Positions 39,140 to 51,541 of a stretch of 64,000 nt of DNA are shown piece after piece. A program made the translations under genes and the position numbers. Under the pieces are notes generated by a model. It worked only from the letters and a program-made list of their open reading frames with translations, was not told the origin of the DNA and made no database searches. The stretch's first letter is position 1. Every line of letters starts with the position of its first letter. This DNA comes from Orbicella franksi (taxonomy: Eukaryota): assembly GCA_964199315.1 (NCBI GenBank), contig OZ116700.1:34596001-34660000 (forward strand). The letters are read 5' to 3'.

Positions 39140-41402
39140 ATGTCCGAGACAACGTGTCGTAATGGTGACGGAGAAGATTCAGGAATAGTTGTTACAATAG
39201 AAGATGAAGTTGAAAACTCTAACCTTACACAGAATGACATTGTCGAAGAAATAAATGCCAAGCATCGTGTGAATCAAAGTGGAAGAATAACAGAACAAGC
39301 AATTACCCAAGAACATACTGAGCATGACAAGATAAAAGTGGATGGAAGCGAAACGGAAGAAGTTATTGCAACTTTCTTGGATCGAGAGGTGTTAAATGAA
39401 ACATCCGCTGATTCTCAAGAGCGACCGAAAGGGGATTGTGCTATAGTAATACCTCAGAGAATAGAAAGTGACAGCGACTGTGAAAATCTTACGGTGGAAA
39501 TTCCAGTAACCGTTTTCGTAGACGTCGACCGCGATCAGCTAAGGACCTCTGTTTTAAACATGGCCGACCAACCAGGAAACGTGTGTATCGAGATGGACAA
39601 TGTGTTTGAGTTGGAGAGGACTAATGCCGAGAACAGTTTCGATAAATCGCCTTCAGACACAACCAAGATTTTATACTTCTCTGAAGGAGAAAGTACGGAC
39701 GTTGAAAGCGATGTTTGTCGCATTTGTCATTGCAGCGAGGAAATGGAGGTCTTGATAAGTCCATGTTTGTGTACTGGCTCTGTCAAGTTCGTTCATCACT
39801 CTTGTTTAATGAACTGGTTACAGCGGGCAGTGATGAGCAAATGTGAACTGTGTCTGTATCCTTTAGCAGTCAAACGAAAGAGGAAACCTTTTAGTAAGGT
39901 GAGTTTATGTACTGTAATGCTTGTTGTTTTACATTTCAAAGATAGATTTTAGCCCCCAATCAGCCATTTGGCTGAGCATTATGAGTTAATCACTCAGTGC
40001 AATGAAAATACAAGCTACAATTAGTAAAAGAAGCGAATCCGACATAACTACATGTAAAACCCAATATTTTATGTCTTCGTTTCGTGTCACTCTAGTCAAG
40101 TTGAAACATTCAATTTCATTAGTTGTAGTAACAAATTGCACAGTCAGCAACATTTTATCGTAAAGCATAATAATACTGAATAATTGGGTTCTAGTCGACT
40201 GAACCGCAGCATCCAGCGTGCTACGTTGCGTTAATAGAATAATCGGCTGCTTTTCGCTTTGAATTTCCTGGGGTGTTTCCTAGGGGGGAACAACGTCTGA
40301 AAATGAAAGCTTCATCCTGTAAGCTTCCCGCAGTTATAATTCTCGGTAAGACGGTGAACAGTGAACGCGGTAGACCGCAAAATTGCGCGCTCAAACTTCC
40401 TAGCAACATTGCCGCAGTAAATTATCCTTCATTTGTAAGCGACAGGTGGTCTTTTGTTCGATAGTCTAAATAGGTTTTTAAGTTTATAATAGCTGTTTTT
40501 CAAGTCTTTGTTTTAATCGGAAGAACAAAAGACTAGTACACCAGTTGTCTTTGCTGGTTAACCGTGTCGTATCCTTGCTTATGCAAATTTAGCGCGGTTT
40601 CGAGAAAGACTGTTCTCCCAAGGAAGGTCAGACGAAAAGGGCTATTGACATTCCTGCGTTCAATCCATTTACTGCAATCCGTGTTTGTTTGAGAATTTTG
40701 ACACATGCGATGAATTGACCTCTTTATTGCCAAGACTGGTAATCGCCTTTGTCAATTTATCAACCTTGTGTTAATGTACCGCCGAATTCTTAAAACTAAA
40801 ACTAGCACTTAATGACAATCATAACAATACATATAACAAGCCGCAAAGTGAACCAAAGTGAATTTTAAACAAGGCAAGGTTTATTTAGATTCTACCAACA
40901 CCTGACCTCTCTTTGACAGACAGCAGCCTCGTTTCCATAGCGTCGATCCTTTTGGCCAGCGGCAAATGCGCAGGCTCTGAATACGAGATTGTACAGAAGG
41001 TCATGTGATACTTACTCTAACACACTTATATTTGTTCTCTTCCAGTGGCGTCTTCCAGAGGACAAACCTTTTCCTATTCTGTGGCTATTCACCTTTGTTG
41101 TGGCTATGACGCTGAACGTAGCCTCCATAGCCAAAGACGGCAGTCAGAGATGTGTGTCGAATCCTTGTATTATTTTCTACGTACTTGGCTCAGCGGGGGC
41201 TCTTCTAGGACTGGCCTTCTTCTACCACTGGCTGCGTAAAACCTTGCGCTACGTAGCAAAATGGATTGCGCTTAACCAGGAATGGACTTTAGTGGGTCCC
41301 ATTGACTTGAGGAGTCATCTGGGCCAGACAAATCTTGCCTACTCTTCAAAGTCACTCTCCGAGACAGACGCAACACAAGAACGTAGTAGCCTAGACGCGT
41401 AG
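39140..41402 (+). CDS. MARCH-family (RING-CH/RINGv) membrane E3 ubiquitin ligase, 371 aa
   Basis: Exons 39140-39898 and 41046-41402 (phase 0, gtgagt donor, ttccag acceptor). C4HC3 motif CRICHC..ISPCLCTGSVKFVHHSCLMNW..CELC followed by two hydrophobic helices; long acidic N-terminus; AATAAA near 42142. Confidence 0.92.
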
Positions 41403-42692
41403 TAGATGGACCGATAGTTGCATGCACAAACATTGCCTTTTGTTGGAGATACGTTATCTTGGAAAATTGACGGGAACTAAGAGGCCAGCGATGTTATCCT
41501 TCACGTGCACATGTCTTCACTTTTTGTGAACAGAGGCCTTAGCTGATGTTACATTTTCCGCTGAGGCGAGTTGGGAAGTTGAAAGAAACCTCTGATTTTG
41601 ATGGTTGTAAACAGAAACTAACAGTTTTAAGGCGATGCATGGTTCAATAGTAGTTTCTAGATTTGTGTTTGTAAGTTATGATCGTTAAAACTTTCTCAAG
41701 TGACTTTGGAGACTAACACATGACATTCTATTTTTTCTTTGGATCGATTACGTCACGAATGATCAATCCAAAACAACACCATAGATGAAAATTAATTGAA
41801 GAGTAATATATTATGTAGGTAGTTTTGGAAGTCAGAAGTTTTTCCTATTCTCTACTTTCTCAGATTTTCTTACGTTATTTCTTGATCCAACTCACTTTTT
41901 GTACAGTTCATCCAATTGTGACGTTAACTTAAAATAATTATAGTTAAATTATTGAAAGTATTGAAAGTTAAATACAAAATTAAGAAATATATATCCCGTT
42001 TATTTTGAAAAGATAATAGAAGAAAAGAACAATTTTCAAAATTATTAACTCCAGTTTATAATATTGTAAAAGAAGGTATATTTCAAATGGTATCGAATGT
42101 TCACAGTTGCTGTACATGTAAAGCATCTTGTTACAGTTTTGAATAAAACTTTGTTATTAATGTAAAACCACTCACTGATCTTACGACCTCGCCACTAAAG
42201 CGAGGTTGAAAACTCCAGCCGAGGAGATCTTGTGCCCAGTTCTGTATCTTCTTGTCACAAGGGCGGAGGAAAGCTGGAAGCTTGTTCTTTTGTGGCTTCT
42301 TTAGATGCTCGGAATAAAGAATTTCATGATGACGAACGCGCGTTTATGTAAGTCCATACGATCTCCACCGCGACACGGTGCTTTAGAAATGGTCTTGTAT
42401 ACAGTGGGAAGCCAAACGAAAACTGATGCTCGAGATCAGCATCAATGAAATAAATCCTTGAGGATTCGAGGGTTCAAGCTATCGCGATCCCACTGTATTA
42501 CTCACGGGGAGGTATCGGCAATCCGTAAGTGGGGATGGGCACGCACTTACGTACGATCTCGAGCGTATGTGGTTGCTGGGGCACAGCCTGACTACTCGGG
42601 GTGTATTTAAACAACATACAGGGGAGTATTCGAGTGTGCCGAGTAAATCAAGGCACGCAGTCGCCCTTTGAGAGGCTTACAACACACGCGAG

Positions 42693-42935
42693 ATATCAGT
42701 AGGTAATCGTATGAATGCGAGTGCAATTAATAAGGGATTTACACTACCAGTGATATTTGAAAATTCTCTCAAAATTGCTAGAGCCTTTAGGCGAGTGCAA
42801 TTTGAAAGAATTTTGTTCGAGTTTTCATACGATTACTCACGCGTTAATTTCCACTGCAGTACAAATTAAGAATTAACGATAAATTGGCCTGCTCTCAGCC
42901 AATCACAATGAAGTAATTTTCTGAGTCATATAATA
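42693..42935. repeat. Probable interspersed repeat with internal inverted and direct repeats
   Basis: 13-bp inverted repeat gtaatcgtatgaa (42703-42715) / ttcatacgattac (42824-42836); gcgagtgcaatt occurs twice. Confidence 0.45.
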
Positions 42936-43438
42936 AGTCTCGAATACTCAGAGTGACATCTGCATAAACCATTAATTATGACCATCGTAAAGGTTGAGTA
43001 AATTCACTTTGGGAACGGGATTTCAATCGGTGAGCACAAATTCAGATAATCTGCTCATTTCATGGGTATTTGGCGTTTCTAGTAAGAAACAGAACGAAGA
43101 TTGAACATCTGTACAATTTATTCACCTTAAAATATACCAAACGCGTCTTTTACGAGCCCATAAACTGGTCTGTAAAGGAAAACTTTTTCGAGATTCTATG
43201 CCGTTCTTGTCCCGTCGCGAAATTTCTCAGTTGATCGACGTTGAGTCTGGGAACCAGTTGAGTCGCTTTACATCCAGGAGGTTACGCTTTGGTTCAAAGA
43301 AACATCAGAGCCTCGGCAGTTACTTATCCAGCCGACAAACACATCGAGTGGAGCCTGACAGCTCGAGTGTCATTCGGCAAATCGATCATAACTCGTGCTT
43401 TTCATAAAGGAGCGTCCCTCTAAGTGGTCCTGGCATTT

Positions 43439-46400
43439 TCATGTTACTTCCAGGGCGACTGTACATTCCACAGGGGTTATTTCATCCCTAACAGCTGCTC
43501 CACATAACGGACACGGGAAGGAAGGGTCCGCTAGGCTGTTAGCCTGAAACACAGTAAAGATACAGGGGAACTTTAATTTGTATCTTTACTTCCTGTAGCA
43601 CGAAGCAATTGACAGTTCTGTAAGTGTTCTGGCTCCCTCTGAACGGGACACAACTTTGCCCTGATTTTTCATCTAATCACAGGGTACATACAATTTAGTT
43701 GAGCAACATGAAAGTAAATATCGGAGAAGTAATGAAAAGAATAAGGCGCGGTGGGCTCATGGTTAGTGCGCTCGTTTCCGGATCGACCGGTCCGGGTTAG
43801 AGCCCTGACCCGGGACATTGTGTTGTGTTCTTAGGCAAGACACTTTACTCTCACAGTGCCTCTCTTCCCCTAGGCGTATAAATGGTTACCGGCGAACTTA
43901 ATGCTGGGGGTAAACCTGCGATGGGCTAGCATCCCATCCAGGGAGGATAAGAAATACTCCTAGTCGCCTCATGCTGCAGAAACCGGGATAAGCTCCGGCC
44001 TGATGGGCCACTTGGTTCGTATGCAGACCTTTTACTTGCCTTACCTTAACGAAATGAACGAATAGTTTATCTATGACTCTTTGTCTCCTGTTGTCATCTT
44101 TACGCGTACTTACAGGAAAGACCACTACCCAACACTAGTGCCGGCTCAACTCACACCTAATTAATGTCTATGGTCTTCACTCCAGTACACTAGTCTCTAA
44201 GAGTGTACAGCACGGGAAAATGTGGACGATTTGTAATTACCTTGATACAGTAGTAACAGAACACGTGACCACACTGTCCCTGATGAGGCGCAGTGGGGGG
44301 CTCGTTACAAATACCACACTCGTGGCACGCAACTTTGATTGACGGCTGCTTGACTAGAGAGGCCGGACTTGAGAACCGTCTGACTATCAAGTTCTTGAGT
44401 TTGTGAAAGTTGATAAGTGGAAGGAGAAAGAAGACAAATTCCTGTGAAAGCGGAAAATATAAGTCAATTAACGTAAAGATCAATAACTGTTACTTTCATT
44501 TAATGAACTCTCAGCCCAATAAACAGTCTCAAAAAGCAACTGAGGGAGGCAGTGTGGCCGAGTGGTTAGGGCGCCGGACTTTGAAATCCGGAGGTCACAG
44601 GTTCAAGTCCCGCTCTGATCACTTGACTGGAGTTGTTTCTCGGTAGACCCTAGCTCAACCTCTCGGCCATACTTGTAAATAACCAACTGGTCTGCCTCCC
44701 ACCAATTGGGATTTTTAAACCTATTGTGATTATTTGAAATATTTCTTTCTTTCAGTTTAAGTGGCACGCCGGAGAACTAGCCAGTTCTAGCTGAGCGCAT
44801 CGACCACTATAACCATTCAACATTTGACATTTTTAATTGGATAACAAGATACTGTATTTTCCTAAAACTCATCTCCCTGAGATCAAAATGAATTGCCGGA
44901 TTCTTTGAAGTTGTCTCCGAGGGTTAGACAAATAATACACTGGTGTTTTGCATATCTGTTACGTTACCTTCCAAAATCTTAAAACATTTTAAACTTCATT
45001 ACAGAGCCAGTTTCTATAGATACTCACTGCAAATCCGTGCCAAAGTAACTCCCGAGTCATAAATTCAAAACTGACTTGTCTGATTGATTGTCGCTGAGCA
45101 AATACTGGGTGAATACCAAGAACACGCTCAAGAACTGAAGGATATCTTAAGATAGTTAAGCTGTTGGTAACTGAAGGGAATAACTTGTAGTAAAACAGAC
45201 AAATATGAACAATTTGCATCAAACCTCAATAACCTATTGACTTTTTCTACACTTGGTTCCTACAACCTGTATCTAGTATGCATTCCTTTTTGTGTGGCAG
45301 TCACTTTGTGATATCGACTGGCCATTGTAAAACAGTTAAATTTGAAGTTCCAGGAGAGCAGTTGTATGGACCCGTGTTCCCTTGGTATCCATTTAGTCGC
45401 TGTGGCCTTCCCATTCAACTCAACAATAACAACAACGACATAAAAGGTCTGGAATCATTGACCTGCGGCAGTAAGCACTCAGGTCTGGTATGTAAACATG
45501 AAGCAGTGAGAGGAACTCAATGTTACTCCACCCAGACAGGCATTCTCGTCCCCGGAGGCTGTGCTCCTTTTGGTTAGTACCAAGAATCACTACCTCTGGG
45601 CTGGTTCAACACCAGAGGTTTGCAATTCATGGACTTCCCTTCAAATCTGACAAATCTGATTGGCTGAGAATACAAAACAAATACTCTGTGTATGTTCAAA
45701 AAATCAGTTCCGGCCAGTGGTCATGATTCTTGGTGCTGACCAAAAGAAGCGCAGCCTCTGGGGACAAAAATGCCAGAAAGAAGGCTATACTATCACTTTT
45801 CTACACTTTTCAGTGTCCATTTGTGATACTGAGTGGAGAGAGACACAGTGAAAGAAAAGTGTCTTGCCCACAAATAAAGCAGCAAGTCCCAGGCCAGGCT
45901 TTATACTGAACAGTTTAAAAAGGATACTTTCCTTTTTGTAAAAATACGAGGAAGTTAAGGACAGAAAGGGCCTGAAGTAGTTTTTCTCCAGCATTAATAC
46001 ATCTCCAAATCTGCAGTCAACAAGGGAATCAAAATTAGTACAACTGCAAGTGTGCAAGACAAGTTATCTTCTGCCTGGCCTTACCTATCTCCCATCACAT
46101 CAGCTATTCTATTACAAACAAAAATACTGCACATTGGACAGCACTATAAAATTAAAATGGTTCCCAAAACCAAATATGAAGCTTTGAAACTTTTCAACAT
46201 TGTCAATTTTGATGCTCTCTTCTTCCTGCTCTAGGGCACAGATCAATCATATACTGTCAAAACTATGATGCACTACAATATACATGACATTTACTGACAA
46301 GTACTTACAAATTTGAAGTCTAAAAACTTGTCTGTGAGTCTTTGGATCTCACTGCTCCTCTCTTTTAAATAAGGTATTCCAACAACACAGAAACCAAACA

Positions 46401-49400
46401 GTAATTTATGTAACAAACCTAAACTCCTTGTTCCTGTTAACAGATATTATCAAACTGTTACAATTTGTTGCCACACATCAGAATAATGAAGCAATCAGTG
46501 TTTCATAATTCACACAAAGTGTAGGGTGCAAAGAAAACCAATTTTCAAGTCTGCCATTCAGACAAGTGTGTAACTGTGACGTACTAGCCTAAAAGTGGTT
46601 CTCGCTTACCCCACAAATTCTGTAATCTATGTAATTCTGCAGTTTGAATTTCCTTCAAAATTTTCTCAGGAAACTTGTCTGACATACGAGTGAAGGACAG
46701 AATTGGCCAAGTCTATTACAAAATCCACCAGCCCTAGGCTGCTGGACACAACTTTCTTTGTACACTGATAGGGGTCAAAAAGTCTTGCTTATAATCCATC
46801 ACACGCCTGAATATGCCCCAGCTAAAACTGGGGAATATCCACAAGAATATCCAAGTGATATTCCTAATTTTCAAAACCAAGACTGTTGCAAAAATCACTT
46901 GAAGTATAATAAACATAATAGCCTACATCTGGTGTGAAAATAGGCTCAGATACTTGTCCTTGGACATTATCTGTTCCTCAAAGTTCACAGTTTTCCTTGA
47001 ACTATGCTTTTTGAAAACTTTGTGCTTCTCGGAACAGATAATGTCTGCAGACAAATATCCAAGAATATTTTCGTGCCAAATGGAGGCTACTGTTTAATTG
47101 TTTATTTAAAGTGCCACTGAAACGAAATTTTTGTATGTGAGATGTTTGCTTAGTAATAAAGTTTCAACCTTACTTGGAAACACTGCAAACTTTTTTTTCG
47201 CATACGGTAAGCGAAAACTGCTTTTTCAGCCGTTCGAAGTTGGCTGGTTAAGCCCAAAATTGGCGGCCATTTTGACGCGGCCAAAACAGCCTAGTGACGT
47301 CACTGATTGTATTACTCTCATGCCGCGCTGAAAATTTAGAGTGATTATGGGAGAGGAGATTACTGTTCGAAGCCCCCCAAAAAACATCTTAACCCTTTAA
47401 GCCCCACAGGAAACTGATGAAACACAAGCCCCTATTCCCGGAACCCAACCGGCATTGCAGGACTTAAATGACTGATTTTTACCATGCTTAGAATTTTGTC
47501 TTATATCTTAAAAACTACAAGGCAAAAGACAAAACACTTAAGACAAAAAATGTTCAGCAACAATTTATCTTTAATTCTAGACTTAACCTACAGCAAACGG
47601 TTAATCATGAAGTGAACTGAAGCAAGAGAAACATTGCACAAGTCTGAAAAATGTCATTGTTTACACTGAAATACAATGTTACCTTGCAAAAAAATGGCAA
47701 AAAAAACGCTCAAATACTAGCTAAATCCTACTAAATGCGAAAGCATCAATAAATATGTCTATGTACAATAAAATAGATTTCAAGTAATGCCTCAAGTTCT
47801 GGTTATTGCGAAGTAAACGAAGCAAATGTTCAATAGGTGAAATTTGAATTTCGCGCGCTTGTGGCGCTTAGCTTAGGTCACCGATGTGATTCGGGAAGCA
47901 TTCCAAGCAAATCCGCTTGTTGCAGTGCTGGCAACCCATTCTGCAAAACGTTGTCCTCTTTCGTTTGAGGCATCGTTTGCATCGTCCTTTATCAAAAGCA
48001 ATCGGCCAATGTCCAGCCTCCGTCTGCCCAGAACTTGCTGTTCTTCCACGGCTCGTGAAATCCCCGATAAGGTCCTTCGCAAGTTCGACTCTAAATGTTA
48101 GTTGTGTTCTTGAACGATGATTTACGGCCTTTTTCTCCAAGATAAACGCATTGACAATACTTAGATCGACGCAAAACCAAAAAAGATAGCGCCACCATTT
48201 CCTTGATTTAGTTCCGATAGCGTAATACCCACGCAACTGATCGTGAAGGTCTACGCCTCCCATGCTCTTGTTGTAACTCTTCACAACGGGAACAGTCGGC
48301 ACTTGAATAACAGTTCCATCGCGCTGCTTACGGTTTACAGTCTCGTTTCCTACTGGATTACTTTCAGTACTGATAAAGTGAACAACCTTTTTGTCCTTCC
48401 AGGTTGTTGCAACGACATTGTTCTTTCGCCTAAACAGCGCCTCTCCTTGCTTCAATCGCTTGATGCGAGGATTGTTTGCCGCGAGATCCTTAGGAAAGTC
48501 TTTCCTGTTCGCTCTTGCCGTTGCACATGAATAAATTTGATCCTCCAACAGATCTTCGGCAAGCTTAACAGTTGAGAAAAAATTGTCATAGAAGACATGA
48601 TGATTTTTCCCAGTAAAGCTCCGAGTTAAATCGTGAACAACACGATAACCCAAGTTTTGTTCGGCGGCGCCATCTTGTCTTTTTCCCGTGTAAACTTGGA
48701 AGTCGCAGACAAAGCCACTAGACGCTTCGGCGCAAACCCACACTTTAATTCCACGCTTAACAGGCTTCATCGGCATATATTGTCTCATTCCAAGCCGTCC
48801 CTTAAACTTTACCATCGCTTCGTCGACGGATAAATCTTTTTGCGGTCTCAGTTCCATTTTACAACATTGAACGACGCGATCAAGAACAGGGCGAACTTTG
48901 AACAATTTGTCATGTCCAGGATCTTCACGAGGAGCTTGATTTGCATTATTATTTAAATGAAAATACTTGGACAATTTGTCAAAGCGATTTCTCGACATCA
49001 CTTTTTTAACGAAAGGGACGCCAATGAGTGGATCCTCACTCCAGTAAAGGTGAGTTGCAGGCAACCTTTTGATGCCAAACAGCACGTGAAGACCGATAAA
49101 GGCTTTCATTTCATCAAGCGTTGTCTCATACCATTCACGGTCGGGCTTCGTAGCGATACATTCCCGTGCATGGCGGTTCGTTTCAGCGACGATTTGCTCT
49201 GTAAGTTCTTCTGGAAACATCAAATAGAAGAAATCGATTGCAGTTCCATCTTCTGCAACTCCAGAAGTTGGGCCAGTAGCCTCAGTGAATGGGGAGACCT
49301 CAACAGGGTTTGAGTTTTCGTTCCACGTTTCTTCTTCGGCTTCTTCCTCTTCAAAGTCTGAAAGGTCTTCGGTAGAAACAGAAGAGACTGAAATATCTGA

Positions 49401-51508
49401 CTCCGAGTCACTCTGATTTCTAGCTTCAAATCTTTCTTGTCTCCAAGCAGCAACAGTTTCTCTTTCTTCTTCGTCAAATCCCAAGAACACGTCCTCTTCA
49501 ACTTCGCTTTCGCTAGCGGCCGCCATCAAACTTCAGTTGCGATTTTCATCGTGATGCTCAGTGAAAGCTTGTCACGTTTGACACGTCAAATGAAAGCTAA
49601 AACTCTTTTCTATTGGTTGAAAAACAATGGAGCAGCCTAGCAACAATATAACAGGTCTTTTGATTGGTCAGAATGAAGGCAGGTCTCAGAGTGCCAAATG
49701 GCACTCTCGGGAATAAGATGCAGTCACGCAAGAGTGCCATATGGCACTATCGGGGCTTAAAGGGTTAAGGACATCTCAGAGCTGTAAAGCAGATAATAAC
49801 AGTAGCCTTAGACATGAAGAGGTCGAGAGTCAATCCTGGGGCTTTCCAGTCTATTTAATTGGATATTTGCAGGATATTTTATGTAAGCAAGCAAACGAGT
49901 GGGAGTTCTTAAATCCCAAAATGACCGGGACTCTTGGCTAGCACTCAATTAAACAATATCTACACTCATAAAGTAAAAAAGACATGAAAACAAGAGAAAG
50001 CGGCTTTTGAAAATATTATCCGGACTGCTGCTGCATGAATCGCAGCAACAACGCTTCGAGGAAACCGGACACTTTGTGAGTTTCACAGCGGACGAGATTG
50101 TGCCACAGTCACCTTTAATTCCCGCTTTGTTTACACTGATACGTATGCAGCGATAAAGCAAACTCTGCTGCGGATCACAATTTTCAAAGATACATTTTGT
50201 CTACCACATGAACTCTCACTTATTAGTATCATAAAAAGTGCCCTCTGTGTACAAAGAAGTACTCGACTCAAAGCTTGTGGACCATTAATAGCTTCGTGAT
50301 TGTGCAGATGGCTGATGCGCTCACGGCTTTTAATGCAGTAAAGTTGCCGAGGATATATTCGAACCTTGTTAACAGACCTTAGATAAACGCGAGAATCCAA
50401 ATTTCAGAACCAGGCTGAAAAAAGACGACGAAACATTGTGTTTAGGCTTCAGGAAGTGATATAAAAGTTGCCACACTCGTCTTCAAAATCTCCAATCGAG
50501 TACTCAAGATGTCCGAAAGGTATACTGAGCTGTTCTAATCTGTAGCATTTATTTTGGTGAATCTACCCTCTCTGGCACCCTCCAACGTTTATGATGTGTA
50601 TTTCCTGTCAAGGCTCGACAGAAATTACAAGGTAGAAAACTAGTAGGTATCGACAATATGAAGAATAAACTTGAATAAATCAAGTGAAAAAAAGAGAGAA
50701 TCTATAGCGCTTCTTGCGTGAATACAACCAGTGACGTCACAAGGTCCTTAAACTCGGTTCCAGAGCCCGGACACAGTTTTGCTCTAGAAAGTCGATTTCA
50801 ACGGCTAAAAAAGGCACTTTCCGTGAGGATTTGACAGAAATAAAGTTCACCATTACTTTAAGCACGTTTGAAACTATAGATTGGGATAATAAAAGAGAGT
50901 ACAAAAATTTCGTTTCAGTGGCACTTTAACTACACTTAACTCCTTCACTGCTGGAAGAGCAAACAAACCACAGCTAGTTTCACAAGGTTCTGTGGATGTC
51001 ATATTCCTAGATGAATTTAATCCTTGTCTTCATACCTTTTGAAGTGTATTTCATATTAAGCATATGCTGACCAACAGTAGCATCACAACTGTACACTGAA
51101 AACTAAATGGTTTAAATCCTCAATTACTTTCAATGCTTTAAAAAAACAGGTTGTTGGTACGCACAAAAGTTAGAAAGGTAATATTGTTAGTGTTAGCTAT
51201 CCACAAGTTCTCCTGTGGTGTAGTGTTCATTGGTCTCACATGCGAGACAGAGTCTTTGTTTTTTTTGTTGTTTTTTTTTTTATTATTATTAATTATCTAT
51301 TTTTTACAGCACGCATACTTACATTATTGATTACAAAAAACTACGTATAAAACTACAACAATACAGCTACTAACGCTAATTACAACTTGCTCTAATTACA
51401 ATGCTTGACGAAACAACAGTATTATTTAAACCGCTTACGTTACACTACTTTTTAATCGCGGACAATTACTACAAACTTTTACTACGGTTACTAGAACTAG
51501 TGAAAACT

Positions 51509-51541
<33 letters not shown>

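Larger units (their letters stand above)
47110..50926. mobile_element. Non-autonomous TTAA-flanked TIR element (Kolobok-like AG...CT termini) hosting the piggyBac
   Basis: Perfect 26-bp TIRs AGTGCCACTGAAACGAAATTTTTGTA (47110-47135) and its reverse complement (50901-50926); TTAA at 47106-47109 and 50927-50930; extra subterminal inverted matches around a TGACGTCA core. Superfamily assignment is inference from TSD and termini. Confidence 0.85.

Noticed and set aside
44544-44620. tRNA gene
   Set aside because: A/B boxes and an anticodon-like stem are present, but the loop is 8 nt, there is no acceptor-stem closure and it continues into a SINE body.
47873-49640. Many short ORFs overlapping the transposase
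   Set aside because: Antisense or alternate-frame shadows of a real CDS; no motifs.
49520-51036. PEX2-piggyBac fusion by exon trapping (CSB-PGBD3 style)
   Set aside because: An in-frame TGA lies three codons upstream of the transposase ATG; the only AG after it needs a phase-2 donor but PEX2 exon 4 ends in phase 1.
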